DNA of 64,000 nt from Syntrophobacterales bacterium (GCA_019429105.1 JAHYJE010000010.1:2172-66171); one strand, 5' to 3'; numbered from the stretch's first letter, positions 16,984-30,877 are shown. Program-made: numbers and translations. The notes: generated by a model not told the origin, from the sequence alone.

Positions 16984-17778
16984 TCAGCCGCGCGATCCCA
17001 ACCGCAGGCCGCCGTGAATAAAAAACACCTCGCCCGCCATCGCCTCGTTTCGGTAAAGCTCGCAGATCAAAGAGGCGATCTCTTCCGGTTCTATCAGCCG
17101 TCCGATCGGAACATCACCGATGATTTTCCCCAAGGCCCTCTCATCCATCCCCTTCACCATCGGGGTTGCCACATAACCAGGCGCCACCGCAACGCAGCGG
17201 ATACGGTCCGCCAGATTTCTTCTGAAAAACTCGGCGGTAAGCACCTTGGGAATGACGGACATCGCCGCCTTGGACGAGGAGTAGTTGATCTGCCCCGCCG
17301 TTCCCAGCGAGCCCGTTGAGGACATAAGGCAGATCAGCCCCTTCGAGCCGGAATTGATCATCTGTTCCGCGCACTCGCGGATGGTAAGAAAAACGCCGGT
17401 CAGATTGATGTCCAAAACCGACTGGAACTGCCGGAGCGACATCTTGCCGGTCACCTTGCCCGTTTCCCGGTCGGGCGACAAAAACATGCCGTCTTTGATG
17501 ATCCCTGCGGCGGGGAAAACAAGGTTGATCCGCTGGTAGCGCTCAATGGCAAGGGCGGCGAGCCGGGCATTGTCCTCTTCCTTGGTTACATCACAGATAA
17601 AGGAACTGACATCGCCCCCCAGAGCGGTGAGTTCCCGCTCCACCCTCGATAAATTCTCGGGAACGATATCCGCAAGCACAGCCCTCCCCTTTTGTTGCAC
17701 CCAATATTTCGCCACAGCCTCGCCGATCCCGCTGCCCGCGCCCGTTATTATCGCAACCGCCTGTTCAATGTCGAGCAC
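16984..17778 (-). CDS. Short-chain dehydrogenase/reductase (SDR)
   Basis: 264 aa. AIITGAGSGIGEAVA is the TGxxxGxG NAD(P) motif. SSSKAAM is the YxxxK-region equivalent. PGYVATPM is also present. Confidence 0.85.
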   Translation of the reverse strand: MLDIEQAVAIITGAGSGIGEAVAKYWVQQKGRAVLADIVPENLSRVERELTALGGDVSSFICDVTKEEDNARLAALAIERYQRINLVFPAAGIIKDGMFLSPDRETGKVTGKMSLRQFQSVLDINLTGVFLTIRECAEQMINSGSKGLICLMSSTGSLGTAGQINYSSSKAAMSVIPKVLTAEFFRRNLADRIRCVAVAPGYVATPMVKGMDERALGKIIGDVPIGRLIEPEEIASLICELYRNEAMAGEVFFIHGGLRLGSRG

Positions 17779-17845
17779 CTAACCTCCTTTAGTTTATCCC
17801 GCTATTTATCGGGAAACAAAATATTTTTCCGCGGTTTTCGTATTT

Positions 17846-18553
17846 CTATAAACCCAGATAGGCCTTTTTTATTTTCTCATCCTTGAGAAGATCAGCGGCG
17901 ACCCCTTCCATTGTTATCGTCCCGTTTTCCATCACATAGCCGCGGTGGGCTATTTTGAGCGCCATGAACGCGTTCTGTTCCACGAGCAGAATCGTCGTTT
18001 TGTTCTCGGAGTTAATTTTCTTTATCATTTCAAATATCTGCGCAACGGCAAGCGGCGCAAGTCCCAAAGAAGGTTCATCGAGAAGCAGCAGGCGGGGCCT
18101 GGCCATCAAAGCGCGGGAAATGGCCAGCATCTGCTGTTCGCCACCACTGAGCGTTCCTCCATCCTGGTGAATCCTTTTTTTCAGGATTGGGAAAAGCGTA
18201 AAAACATATTCAAGATCACTTTCGACCCCGGCCTTATCCTTGCGAAGGAAGGCGCCCATATCAAGATTTTCCGCAACCGTCATCATCGGGAAAATACGCC
18301 GTCCCTCGGGTGCCTGAGATATGCCAAGCGAAACTATGACATTCGGTTCCAGCAAACGGATCGAGTTGCCCTGAAAGATTATATCGCCACTGCGGGCGGG
18401 GACTACTCCGCAAATCGTCATCAGCGTTGTCGATTTCCCGGCGCCGTTCGCCCCGATCAGGGTTATGATCTCTCCCTCGGCTACAGAAAGGGTGACGCCC
18501 TTGAGCGCCCTTATATTGCCGTAGTATGTTTCGACGTTCCTTATCTCAAGCAT
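17846..18553 (-). CDS. livF: Branched-chain amino acid ABC transporter ATP-binding protein LivF
   Basis: 235 aa. Walker A GANGAGKST, signature LSGGEQQML, Walker B LLLLDEPS. Confidence 0.92.
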   Translation of the reverse strand: MLEIRNVETYYGNIRALKGVTLSVAEGEIITLIGANGAGKSTTLMTICGVVPARSGDIIFQGNSIRLLEPNVIVSLGISQAPEGRRIFPMMTVAENLDMGAFLRKDKAGVESDLEYVFTLFPILKKRIHQDGGTLSGGEQQMLAISRALMARPRLLLLDEPSLGLAPLAVAQIFEMIKKINSENKTTILLVEQNAFMALKIAHRGYVMENGTITMEGVAADLLKDEKIKKAYLGL

Positions 18554-19340
18554 TTACGCTGAAATCCTCTCCCAGATAAGCCTTAATGACGATCGGGTTT
18601 TCCCGTATCTCTTCCGGGGTTCCCTCCGCGATCTTTTCCCCGTAATCGAGAACAAATATCCGGTCCGAAATACCCATGACCATCTTCATATCGTGCTCTA
18701 TCATCAGCACCGATATCCCCTCTTCGTTCCTGATCCGGTCGATCAGCTCCTTGAGTTCATAAGTTTCACTGGGGTTCATGCCGGCCGCCGGTTCGTCCAG
18801 AAGAAGAAGGAAGGGTTCCGTGGCCATGGCTCTCGCTATTTCCAGACGGCGCTGGGCGCCGTAGGGAAGGTTCTTTGCCATTTCATTGACCTGCCCATCA
18901 AGTTCTACCTTGACAAGTACCTGATAACTGAAGTCGATTATCGCCTGTTCTTCCTGCTTTGTTGCTGAATCCCGGACGGCGGCGCCGAAAACCCCAGCCT
19001 GGGATCGGCAATGACGGCCTATCATGACGTTTTCCAGCACCGTCATGCTCGGAAATAATCTGATATTCTGAAATGTTCTGGCGATGCCGAGTTCAGTCAC
19101 CTTGTTTATCTGCATCCCGTTGATTCTCTTTTTCTTTTTCCCCGGCGGAACGACAAATATCTCACCTTCGGTGGGAACGTAAATTCCGGTAATGCAGTTG
19201 AATAGCGTCGTCTTGCCGGCACCGTTCGGCCCTATCAAGGCCACGATCTCTTTTTGCCCCACATTCAGATCAACCGCGCTGACGGCGCGCAGGCCGCCAA
19301 AAACCATCGACAGGTTGTTAATTTGAAGGAGTTCATTCAT
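18546..19340 (-). CDS. livG: Branched-chain amino acid ABC transporter ATP-binding protein LivG
   Basis: 264 aa. GPNGAGKTTLFN, YGAQRRLEIARA, LLLLDEPAAGMNP. It overlaps livF by 8 nt. Confidence 0.92.
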   Translation of the reverse strand: MNELLQINNLSMVFGGLRAVSAVDLNVGQKEIVALIGPNGAGKTTLFNCITGIYVPTEGEIFVVPPGKKKKRINGMQINKVTELGIARTFQNIRLFPSMTVLENVMIGRHCRSQAGVFGAAVRDSATKQEEQAIIDFSYQVLVKVELDGQVNEMAKNLPYGAQRRLEIARAMATEPFLLLLDEPAAGMNPSETYELKELIDRIRNEEGISVLMIEHDMKMVMGISDRIFVLDYGEKIAEGTPEEIRENPIVIKAYLGEDFSVNA

Positions 19341-19344
19341 ATAA

Positions 19345-20553
19345 TCATCTATTTGTTTTTTCCGGCGTCCGGAATTTGTATGTACGGCGCACGTTGGGCA
19401 CGATGCCCTGAGGTCTGAAGACCATCATCAGAACCATCACGGCGCCGAACAAAAGCATCCGGTAATTGCTGAAGGCCCGCAGATATTCCGGGCTCAGAAT
19501 CAGGATCATGGCGGCAATAAAAACCCCCACAATGGAACCCATTCCGCCCAGAACAACGATTGACAGTATCATCGCGGATTCAAGAAAGGTGAAACTCGCC
19601 GGGTTGACAAACGTGGTCTTGGCGGCGAAAATCACCCCCACCATCCCTGCCCAGGTCGCGCCGAGCGCGAATGCCGTCAACTTTGTCTTTGTCTTGTCAA
19701 TGCCCATTGCCTGACAGGCGACTTCGTCTTCCCGAAGGGCGATCCAGGCGCGACCAATCCGGGAGTCCTGCAATCTGTTGATTATGAAAATCGTCAACAG
19801 GCAAAACAGGATCATCAGATAGTACAGATAAATAATTGACTCATTCAGGGTCAAGTTCACTCCGAAAAAGCCGGGACGCGGAATGTGGGCAATGCCGCTG
19901 GGACCAAACGAAAATTCGTTCCAGTTTTCCAGAATAAGACGAATGATCTCACCAAAGCCGAGCGTGACGATGGCAAGATAATCCCCTCGCAGTCTCAACA
20001 CGGGAAAGCCCAGAAGGATCCCAAAGGAGGCGGCAAGCAGAGCCCCAACGGGAAGAACCGCCCAGAAGCCCAACCCGAAATGGTAGTTGATCAGGGCATA
20101 GCTGTAGGCTCCCACCGCGTAAAAGGCCACGTACCCGAGATCGAGAAGTCCCGCCAGGCCGACCACGATATTCAACCCCAGCCCCAGCATTACGTACATC
20201 AGGGCGGTTATCATGATATTTGTCTGATAGCTGGAAAAGATGTACGGAAAAACAAGGGCGAACAAAGCGATTATCCCGAGAGCCGGTTTGTAATACTTTG
20301 GTTCTTCGAGGATCAACTGGCCCCATGATCGGGAACCTTTTTGCGATTCTGCCTGTTTTTGCTTGCGTTCTAAAAAGTATCGCCAGACAAAAGAAAAAAA
20401 GAAGCTGCCGATGCCGATAAAAGCCATGTTGCGCCAGCGCCATTCAACTATCTTCTCGATCGTGTTTACCCTGATCACCATGATCGGAAATGTCAGGAAC
20501 ATGAACCACAGGGAAACAACCAGTGATTTTTTGAGTTCAGAAACGGCTTTCAT
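19345..20553 (-). CDS. livM: Branched-chain amino acid ABC transporter permease LivM
   Basis: 402 aa and polytopic. GLAGLLDLGYVAFYAVGAY and LRGDYLAIVTLGFGEI are LivM motifs. Confidence 0.9.
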   Translation of the reverse strand: MKAVSELKKSLVVSLWFMFLTFPIMVIRVNTIEKIVEWRWRNMAFIGIGSFFFSFVWRYFLERKQKQAESQKGSRSWGQLILEEPKYYKPALGIIALFALVFPYIFSSYQTNIMITALMYVMLGLGLNIVVGLAGLLDLGYVAFYAVGAYSYALINYHFGLGFWAVLPVGALLAASFGILLGFPVLRLRGDYLAIVTLGFGEIIRLILENWNEFSFGPSGIAHIPRPGFFGVNLTLNESIIYLYYLMILFCLLTIFIINRLQDSRIGRAWIALREDEVACQAMGIDKTKTKLTAFALGATWAGMVGVIFAAKTTFVNPASFTFLESAMILSIVVLGGMGSIVGVFIAAMILILSPEYLRAFSNYRMLLFGAVMVLMMVFRPQGIVPNVRRTYKFRTPEKTNR

Positions 20554-20572
20554 CGGCTATTGCGATTTCCTT

Positions 20573-21475
20573 TCATACCTTTTGAATGGGCGAGCGGCCC
20601 AGCAGCCCAGCAGGTCTGAATATCAAAATAAGCACGAGCAGCAAAAAGGCGAATACATCCTCATAATCGCTCGATACATAGCCGGTGGCAAAACTCTCGG
20701 TCCAGCCAAGAACAAGTCCCCCCAGAACAGCCCCGGGGATGCTTCCTATGCCTCCCAGAACAGCCGCCGTAAAGGCCTTTATCCCGGCGATGAACCCTAT
20801 GTAGAAATTAATCCGGCCGATATGGGAGGCAATCAGCACCCCGCCGATCGCGGCCAGCGCTGAGCCGACAATAAAGGTATTAGAAATAACCCTGTTTACA
20901 TTCACACCGGTAAGCATGGCCATGTTTCGATCCTGAGCCGTTGCCCGCATGGCCTTTCCGACTTTTGTAAATTTTATGAGGATGGTCAGGATGATCGTCA
21001 CAACCGCGGTTGTGACTACAATGAAAAGTTCAGCAGGCCCGATGATATGCGAGTAAGGCTCCAAAAAAGGCAACTCCGGGATAAGGCTGGGAAACGGCAG
21101 AAAATCCGAGGTCTGCGCGATAAGTACATAATTCTGTAAAAAGATCGACATGCCGATCGCGCTGATCAACGGGGAAAGCCGCGGCGCCTGACGAAGCGGC
21201 TTGTATGCTATCTTCTCAACGGTAAATCCATAGGCGGCAGAGTATATTACCGCGACAACCGAGGCAAGTATCAAAACCGAAAGCCCGGTCATTCCTGCCA
21301 TCGTCAGTATTGATGCAACAATAAGCGCTGTGAAGGCACCAATCATGTAAATCTCGCCGTGGGCGAAATTTATCAATTCTATTATGCCGTAAACCATTGT
21401 ATAGCCGAGGGCGATCAGGGCGTAAATACTGCCCCTTGTCAATCCTCCCAGCAGGAGTTCAAGAAAGTAGTCCAT
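20573..21475 (-). CDS. livH: Branched-chain amino acid ABC transporter permease LivH
   Basis: 300 aa. GLTRGSIYALIALGYTMVYGIIELINFAHGE is the typical LivH N-terminus. Confidence 0.9.
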   Translation of the reverse strand: MDYFLELLLGGLTRGSIYALIALGYTMVYGIIELINFAHGEIYMIGAFTALIVASILTMAGMTGLSVLILASVVAVIYSAAYGFTVEKIAYKPLRQAPRLSPLISAIGMSIFLQNYVLIAQTSDFLPFPSLIPELPFLEPYSHIIGPAELFIVVTTAVVTIILTILIKFTKVGKAMRATAQDRNMAMLTGVNVNRVISNTFIVGSALAAIGGVLIASHIGRINFYIGFIAGIKAFTAAVLGGIGSIPGAVLGGLVLGWTESFATGYVSSDYEDVFAFLLLVLILIFRPAGLLGRSPIQKV

Positions 21476-21568
21476 CTTAAATCATAATTTCCACAACCCT
21501 TTATTTCAAAGAAAATAAACTCATGGGAGGGCCTGACGCCCACCCTGAGCAAGTGACTTCATCGCAAG

Positions 21569-22702
21569 TTATTTAAGCTCGACATAGTTTCCTTTTTGGA
21601 CCTGATAGATAGAGAACCCTACGCCGATCGCATCTCCCCTTTTGTCGAACTTGATTTTTCCCAGGGGCGTCTCGACAAATTGAGTCTTAAGGGCCTTGCT
21701 TACGGCATCGTAATCAGTTGAACCGGCCTTCTGGATTGCGTTAAGAATAGCCTGCGTTGCAGCGTACCCATTCAAATAGAAGGCACCCGCATCGGCACCG
21801 TGTGTTTTTTTGTGGAGTTCATTCGCGGCAACGGCCATTGGATTTTTCGAGGTATCTTTCGGACCGGTGGCATAAACACCCTCGGCGTATTTGCCGGCAA
21901 CCTTTATGAAGGTGGCATCCTTTACCCCGTCATCCGAAATAAAGAAGGTTTTCATCTTCTTCTTGCGCATCTGGGCAACTATGGAAGAGGCTTCCGGATG
22001 GTATCCTCCAAAAATAACCGCTTCGGCGCCGGACTGTTTGATTTTCTGAACTACGGCCGAGTAGTCAACCGCGCCGGGAGTAACTCCCTCAAAAAGAACA
22101 ACGGAAGCCTTTTTAGACTCATCAACGAATTTCTTCGCGAATTCAGCAAGCCCCTTTCCATAATCGCCCTTGTCGTGCAGCACCGCTATTTTCTTTACCT
22201 TTAATTTGCTGATCGCAAATTCCACCTCCAAACGGGCCTGGGCGTCATCAGAGGCGATGGTCCGATAGAAATTCGGGTAAGCGCCGCTTTGCGTCAATTC
22301 CGGATTCGTTGCCGAAGGCGAAATGACGAGCACCTTTGCATCCTTGTAAATGCCGAGCGCCGACTTGGTTGCGCCGCTGCAGATATGCCCGATGACAAAC
22401 CTGACGTCTTGTGAAACCAGTTTTGTCGCGGTATTCGTGGCCACTTCCGGCTTGCAGACGTCATCTTCGACGACTAGTTCAACCTGCTTACCGAGGAGAC
22501 CCCCTTTGGCATTTATCTCCTTAACTACAAACTCTGCCGCCTTTACCGTGGGCAGTCCATAAGAGGCCAGATCGCCGCTGTGGGCGCCGGCTACGCCAAG
22601 CTTGATGGTGTCGGCCGCAAAAACATTGTCTGAAACAAGGAAACCCATCAACACAACGCTTAAAAATCCCGCCAGAATCGTCCGAAAATAAAACTTCTTC
22701 AT
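21569..22702 (-). CDS. livK: Branched-chain amino acid ABC transporter periplasmic substrate-binding protein
   Basis: 377 aa with a signal peptide. IKLGVAGAHSGDLASYG and VIGHICSGAT are LivJ/K-type (Peripla_BP_6) motifs. It is the first gene of the liv operon. Confidence 0.88.
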   Translation of the reverse strand: MKKFYFRTILAGFLSVVLMGFLVSDNVFAADTIKLGVAGAHSGDLASYGLPTVKAAEFVVKEINAKGGLLGKQVELVVEDDVCKPEVATNTATKLVSQDVRFVIGHICSGATKSALGIYKDAKVLVISPSATNPELTQSGAYPNFYRTIASDDAQARLEVEFAISKLKVKKIAVLHDKGDYGKGLAEFAKKFVDESKKASVVLFEGVTPGAVDYSAVVQKIKQSGAEAVIFGGYHPEASSIVAQMRKKKMKTFFISDDGVKDATFIKVAGKYAEGVYATGPKDTSKNPMAVAANELHKKTHGADAGAFYLNGYAATQAILNAIQKAGSTDYDAVSKALKTQFVETPLGKIKFDKRGDAIGVGFSIYQVQKGNYVELK

Positions 22703-22794
22703 AACATCCCTCCTGTTTGATAAAGATAAACATTGGACACCCTTGAGAAATTGTATGCGGGCGGTATTACCTTAAAGTATTTTTGGTGTCAAGA

Positions 22795-22830
22795 TAAAAA
22801 AGGGCCCCTATCATAGACAGGGGCCCTTTT
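22795..22830 (-). terminator. Rho-independent terminator after groEL (bidirectional architecture)
   Basis: An A-run at 22795..22801, a GGGCCCCT/AGGGGCCC 8-bp stem (22802..22809 and 22819..22826) and a T-run. On the minus strand the stem is followed by TTTTTTT. Confidence 0.8.
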
Positions 22831-22858
22831 GATTTTACATTTTCAGACTGGGGAAGAA

Positions 22859-24499
<1,641 letters not shown>

Positions 24500-24527
24500 C
24501 TATCTTTCCTCCCTAATATTTCATTAA

Positions 24528-24818
24528 TTATTTTTCAAGGATACCGAGGATATCATCCTCGCGCATGATTAAAAGCTCCTGGCCGTCAATTTTGACCTCG
24601 GTGCCGGAGTACTTCCCGAACAGAACCCTGTTGCCCTCTTTGACATCCATCGGGATCAATTTGCCTTCATCGGTTTTCTTGCCTTTGCCTACCGCAACTA
24701 CCAAGCCCTCCATAGGCTTCTCTTTGGCGGTATCGGGAATTATGATCCCCCCCTTGCTTTTCTCTTCCTCGTCAACGCGTTTGACGATCAATCTGTCCTG
24801 CAATGGTCTGATTTTCAC
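24528..24818 (-). CDS. groES: Co-chaperonin GroES
   Basis: 96 aa. [14 protein letters not shown]...[13 protein letters not shown]...GKVVAVG. Confidence 0.98.
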   Translation of the reverse strand: MKIRPLQDRLIVKRVDEEEKSKGGIIIPDTAKEKPMEGLVVAVGKGKKTDEGKLIPMDVKEGNRVLFGKYSGTEVKIDGQELLIMREDDILGILEK

Positions 24819-24888
24819 TGTCTATCCTCTCCTTTCATCTTTATTAATTTTAAGCTTATGATTTTTGATTAACCCAGTAATCGGCGAT

Positions 24889-24916
24889 ATGATATGCATC
24901 GATTCAGCTGTGTCAA
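24889..24916 (-). promoter_or_regulatory. Candidate promoter for groES-groEL
   Basis: On the minus strand: TTGACA (complement of 24911..24916), a 16-nt spacer, then TATCAT (complement of 24889..24894), about 70 nt upstream of the groES ATG. No CIRCE element (TTAGCACTC-N9-GAGTGCTAA) was seen. Confidence 0.35.
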
Positions 24917-24946
24917 GTCGCGAACAAAAAAAATTTTCGCTCCCAG

Positions 24947-26338
24947 TCAGAAAATACCCTCTACCAGCTCGCCCAGCGAATGGATCGGGATGAGTTCAAT
25001 GCCAAGCCTCGATTTATCTGACGACATCACCTCGGGTTGTCTGTTTCCCGGAAAAATACATCGCTTAAATCCCATGCGGGCGGCCTCTTTTATCCGAAAT
25101 TCGGTCTGCGAAACCCCGCGAATTTCCCCGGTCAGGCCAACCTCTCCAAAAACAACGGTGTCTGCCGCAATGGGCCTGTTGAGAAAACTGGAGGCAATCG
25201 CCGCGACAATCCCCAAATCAGTCGCTGTCTCGTCAATTTTTACTCCGCCAGCCACATTGAGAAAGATGTCGCTGTTGGCAACATGAATCCCGCAGATCTT
25301 GTCCATCACCGCCGTAAGCAGCGAAACCCGGTTATGATCAACGCCAATCGCCGTTCTTCTCGGCATTCCAAAGCTGGTCGCACTGACCAGCGACTGCACC
25401 TCAACCAAAATCGGCCGACTTCCCTCCATACTCGGGACGACAATCGATCCCGCCACCCCTTCGGGACGTTCGGCGAGAAAAAAGGCCGATGGGTTGGCAA
25501 CCTCGGCCAGACCAGTGTCCCGCATCTCAAACACCCCGATTTCATGGGTGGGCCCGAAGCGATTTTTTATGCACCGGACAATGCGATAGGCGTGACCGGA
25601 ATCGCCTTCAAAATAGAGCACCGTATCAACCATGTGTTCGAGAATTTTGGGACCGGCAATTGAACCGTCCTTCGTTACATGACCGACAAGAAAAATCGGG
25701 ATGCCTGTTTTTTTGGCGAAGAGAATCAGTTTACCGGCAGCCTCGCGCACCTGCCCGACACTTCCCGGCGCAGAAGAAAAAGCTGTCGAATAGATGGTTT
25801 GTATCGAATCGATGACGGCCACTGCCGGTTTTACCTCAGACAGACGGGCCAGAATGCTCTCCAATTCTACCTCAACCAGGATCAGAAGATCCTTGGCCGC
25901 TGCCCCCAGACGTTTCCCCCGGAGCTTTATCTGGCGGGCCGATTCCTCGCCGGAGACGTAGAGAACCGGCAGCCCTTTTTCTGCCAGCTTCTCCAGAACC
26001 TGCAAAAGGAGCGTAGATTTTCCAATTCCCGGATCACCGCCAATCAGAACCGCCGAGCCGCCGACAATGCCGCCTCCCAAAACCCGGTCCAATTCGGCGA
26101 TTCCCGTCAGCAAACGCTCCCCATCATTCGCTTCAATCGCCTCAATGGATTGGGGAACGCCGTTCAGGCGGAATTCAGAAGTTTTGCAAGCGGGATCGCT
26201 TTGCAGCTCCTCCTCGACAAAGGTGTTCCACTCGCCGCAGGTGGGACAGCGACCCAGCCATTTGGGAGCCTGTTGTCCGCAGTTGCTGCAGAAAAACACG
26301 GTCTTGATTTTTTTATTAACGGTAATCTCTTTTTTCAC
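24947..26338 (-). CDS. radA: DNA repair protein RadA/Sms
   Basis: Zinc finger CSNCGQQAPKWLGRCPTCGEW, Walker A GDPGIGKSTLLLQ and the KNRFG motif (IKNRFGPTHE). The start is set at GTG 26338, 6 nt after AGGAGG (the ORF track starts at 26404). Confidence 0.93.
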   Translation of the reverse strand: MKKEITVNKKIKTVFFCSNCGQQAPKWLGRCPTCGEWNTFVEEELQSDPACKTSEFRLNGVPQSIEAIEANDGERLLTGIAELDRVLGGGIVGGSAVLIGGDPGIGKSTLLLQVLEKLAEKGLPVLYVSGEESARQIKLRGKRLGAAAKDLLILVEVELESILARLSEVKPAVAVIDSIQTIYSTAFSSAPGSVGQVREAAGKLILFAKKTGIPIFLVGHVTKDGSIAGPKILEHMVDTVLYFEGDSGHAYRIVRCIKNRFGPTHEIGVFEMRDTGLAEVANPSAFFLAERPEGVAGSIVVPSMEGSRPILVEVQSLVSATSFGMPRRTAIGVDHNRVSLLTAVMDKICGIHVANSDIFLNVAGGVKIDETATDLGIVAAIASSFLNRPIAADTVVFGEVGLTGEIRGVSQTEFRIKEAARMGFKRCIFPGNRQPEVMSSDKSRLGIELIPIHSLGELVEGIF

Positions 26339-26606
26339 GAATGCCCTCCTGCGTGCCGTAAATATTTTAAACCAATACCCTTTCGATTGTCCGGCGTCAA
26401 CCAATATCCACTTGAATAATTACTATAATCCTGATATTCACCCAACGCTGATTATGTAGTTTACCTGTAACTGGAGGATTGCGCATACTAAATCGAAGAA
26501 GATATATGTATAAAAAGCAGAAAATGCTTAAAAACATCATTGATGGTGATGCACAATTCATTTTTTTACAAATCTCTATTCTTTCTTTTCATGAAAGGAG
26601 CATCGT

Positions 26607-27734
26607 ATGACAAATCCTAATTTCGGGTCCGGCCCCTGCAGCAAGAGGCCGGGATGGAACCTCGACGCACTGAAGGACGCGGCAGTGGGCCGTTCCCACC
26701 GCTCCACGCTGGGCATGGGAAAACTTCAAGACGCCATCAACGAGACACGAAAAATCCTTGAAATCCCTGATCATTATCTTCTGGGAATAATGCCGGCATC
26801 GGACACCGGGGCTTTTGAGGCCGCCATGTGGAGCCTGCTGGGAAAACGGGCGGTAACCGTCCTGGTCTGGGAGAGTTTTTCCGAGGGCTGGGCGACCGAC
26901 GTCGCCAAACAGTTAAAACTGAACCCGACGGTAATCCGGGCGGACTACGGGAAAATCCCCGCTCTTGCCACCGTCAACTGGGAGAATGATGTAATCTTTG
27001 TCGCCAACGGCACCACTAGCGGCGTCAAAATTCCGAATTGGGACTGGATACCGTCCGACCGCAAGGGACTTTCCTTCTGTGATGCGACAAGTGCCGCCTT
27101 CGCGATGCCGATACAATGGGACAAGGTGGATGTCCTGACCTTTTCCTGGCAGAAATGTCTGGGCGGCGAAGCTGCGCATGGCATGCTGGCGCTAAGCCCC
27201 CGCGCTGTTGAACGCCTTGAATCTTATGATCCTCCCTGGCCGCTTCCCAAAATATTCCGGATGAAAAAAGGTGGAAAAATAAGCCAGACGATCTTCGAGG
27301 CCAGCACGATTAACACCCCGTCGCTTCTGTGCGTAGAAGATTACCTCGACGCCCTGAAATGGGCCGGAAAAATCGGCCTGGCCGGGTTGATCAAAAGGAG
27401 CAGGGAAAATTTCCAGGTCGTAGAAAAATGGGTTGCAGCCAACGACTGGATTGCCTTTCTGGCCGAAGTGCCCGAGACGCGTTCTACCACATCTGTTTGC
27501 CTTTCTGTTGTGAGCCCGCAAGTGCAGGCCCTTCCCTTGGCAGAGCAGGCCAAATTCCTCAAAGAGATATCGTCGGAGATGGCGAAGAGAAAAGCCGCCT
27601 ACGACATGAACTCCTACAAGGACGCCCCCCCGGGCTTCCGTCTCTGGTGCGGCCCCACAATCGAACCTGAAGACCTGCGCTTAGCACTGTCCGAACTCGA
27701 AAAGGTTTACCGGGAAAAAACCGCGGGGTTATAA
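26607..27734 (+). CDS. serC: Phosphoserine aminotransferase (short actinobacterial-type SerC)
   Basis: 375 aa with [23 protein letters not shown] at the N-terminus and the [16 protein letters not shown]-Lys region. It is adjacent to serA. Confidence 0.85.
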   Translation: MTNPNFGSGPCSKRPGWNLDALKDAAVGRSHRSTLGMGKLQDAINETRKILEIPDHYLLGIMPASDTGAFEAAMWSLLGKRAVTVLVWESFSEGWATDVAKQLKLNPTVIRADYGKIPALATVNWENDVIFVANGTTSGVKIPNWDWIPSDRKGLSFCDATSAAFAMPIQWDKVDVLTFSWQKCLGGEAAHGMLALSPRAVERLESYDPPWPLPKIFRMKKGGKISQTIFEASTINTPSLLCVEDYLDALKWAGKIGLAGLIKRSRENFQVVEKWVAANDWIAFLAEVPETRSTTSVCLSVVSPQVQALPLAEQAKFLKEISSEMAKRKAAYDMNSYKDAPPGFRLWCGPTIEPEDLRLALSELEKVYREKTAGL

Positions 27735-27806
27735 TTGGGCGCTATGCCGGGGCAGGGTTGAAACCGACCCCGGCATCATAATAATTTAAAAAGGGAGGGA
27801 AGAGCG

Positions 27807-29390
27807 ATGAGCAAGGTTCTAATCAGTGATAATCTGTCGCCGGAAGCTTTGGAGATATTAAGAAATACCGAAGAGATAGAAGTAGATTTTCACTCGAAAA
27901 TGACGGCGGAGGAATTGAATGCCGTAATCGGCAATTACGATGCGCTGATCATCCGCAGCGCAACCAAGGTCACCGCTGAGGTTATGGAACTCGCGGGCCG
28001 CCTGAAGGTCATCGGCCGGGCTGGCATCGGGCTTGACAATGTTGATATCCCCGCGGCCAGCAAAAGGGGAATCGTCGTAATGAACACCCCCGGCGGCAAC
28101 TCCGTTACAACCGGCGAACATGCAATCGCAATGATGCTCGCCCTCAACAGAAAGATTCCCCAGGCAACGGCCTCCATGAAGGCCGGCAAATGGGAAAAGA
28201 GCAAATTCACCGGCCGGGAGCTCCTCAACAAGACCCTCGGAATAATCGGAATTGGTCGTGTGGGCGGCATCGTTGCCGACCGCGCCCAGGGGCTCAAAAT
28301 GAAGGTGCTTGCCTACGACCCGTTTATCTCTCCGGAAGCCGCGGAAAAGATGGGGATCACTCTTGCGTCCCTGGATGAAATATTCCGAACTGCTGATTTC
28401 ATCTCCGTTCACACCCCCATGACCAAGGAAACCCGCGGGGTGATCAATGCCGAAGCCTTCGCGAAGATGAAGAAGGAAGCATGCGTCATCAACTGCGCCC
28501 GCGGAGGAATTATTGACGAAAAGGATCTCCAGGACGCGCTTGCTTCCGGGCGCATTGCCGGCGCCGCCCTTGACGTTTTTGAAGAGGAACCGACAAAAAA
28601 TATGGAACTCCTCTCCCTGGAGAACTTGATCTGCACCCCCCACCTGGGAGCTTCAACCAATGAGGCGCAGGTCAACGTTGCAGTTGCCATAGCCACACAG
28701 ATCGTTGCCTATCTTACAACAGGCGAGATCAACGGCGCGGTAAATTTTCCGGCCGTAACCGCTGAGATTCTGGCAGTCATTCAACCCTACCTAACCCTGG
28801 CGGAAAAACTCGGGAGGTTTGAGGCGCAGATCGTATCCGGGGCGATTGAGGAAGTCAAAATCGAGTATAGCGGTGAGATTTTGAACTACAACGTGGCCCC
28901 GATCACAATCTCCCTGCTCAAGGGACTTCTCACTCCCATTTTGAACGAAAGCGTTAATTTTATTAACGCCCCCTTGATCGCCAAGGAACGGGGAATACGC
29001 GTTGTCGAGTCCAAAAGCAACGAGGTAAAAGACTATACCAGCATGATCTCCGTTACCGTAAATACGGCAAAAGAAGAAGCGTTCGCAGCCGGCGCCATTT
29101 TCGGAAGGCGTGAACAGCGCATCGTCCGTATTAACCAATTTACCGTCGAAGTTATTCCGGAAGGCCGGCTGTTTGTAGTTCATAACACCGATAAACCTGG
29201 GGTAATCGGCAACATCGGCACTATCCTCAGCCAAAATGGCGTAAATATTTCCCACCTCAACCTGAGCAGGGAAAAGATCGATGGGCAAGCAATGGTAATA
29301 CTCGGAACAGACAGTGTGGTCTCTCCGGACGTTGTTGATAAGCTGCGAAATCTGCCCAACATTTTGTCCGTAAACGAGCTGGAGATGTAA
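27807..29390 (+). CDS. serA: D-3-phosphoglycerate dehydrogenase
   Basis: 527 aa. GIIGIGRVGGIVA is the NAD motif; also NCARGGIIDE, TPHLGAST and a C-terminal ACT-like region. Confidence 0.95.
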   Translation: MSKVLISDNLSPEALEILRNTEEIEVDFHSKMTAEELNAVIGNYDALIIRSATKVTAEVMELAGRLKVIGRAGIGLDNVDIPAASKRGIVVMNTPGGNSVTTGEHAIAMMLALNRKIPQATASMKAGKWEKSKFTGRELLNKTLGIIGIGRVGGIVADRAQGLKMKVLAYDPFISPEAAEKMGITLASLDEIFRTADFISVHTPMTKETRGVINAEAFAKMKKEACVINCARGGIIDEKDLQDALASGRIAGAALDVFEEEPTKNMELLSLENLICTPHLGASTNEAQVNVAVAIATQIVAYLTTGEINGAVNFPAVTAEILAVIQPYLTLAEKLGRFEAQIVSGAIEEVKIEYSGEILNYNVAPITISLLKGLLTPILNESVNFINAPLIAKERGIRVVESKSNEVKDYTSMISVTVNTAKEEAFAAGAIFGRREQRIVRINQFTVEVIPEGRLFVVHNTDKPGVIGNIGTILSQNGVNISHLNLSREKIDGQAMVILGTDSVVSPDVVDKLRNLPNILSVNELEM

Positions 29391-29397
29391 TGATTAA

Positions 29398-30714
<1,317 letters not shown>

Positions 30715-30792
30715 ACGGGGGGATGGAAAAATTCATATAATGCTTGACAAGAAAACGCCGTTCCTGTTAAAGCCCACCATCTGAAGTTCAGG

Positions 30793-30868
30793 GGGTCGTT
30801 AGCTCAGCTGGTAGAGCAGCGGACTTTTAATCCGTTGGTCGCGGGTTCAATTCCCGCACGACCCACCA
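30793..30868 (+). tRNA. tRNA-Lys (anticodon UUU)
   Basis: 76 nt: GGGTCGTTAGCTCAGCTGGTAGAGCAGCGGACTTTTAATCCGTTGGTCGCGGGTTCAATTCCCGCACGACCCACCA. Cloverleaf arms are present, the anticodon loop is CTTTTAA, and CCA is encoded. Confidence 0.95.
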
Positions 30869-30877
30869 AGAAAATCA

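Noticed and set aside
24819-24946. CIRCE (HrcA) operator upstream of groES
   Set aside because: No TTAGCACTC-N9-GAGTGCTAA-like inverted repeat is present. Only a sigma70/sigma32-like promoter candidate was noted.
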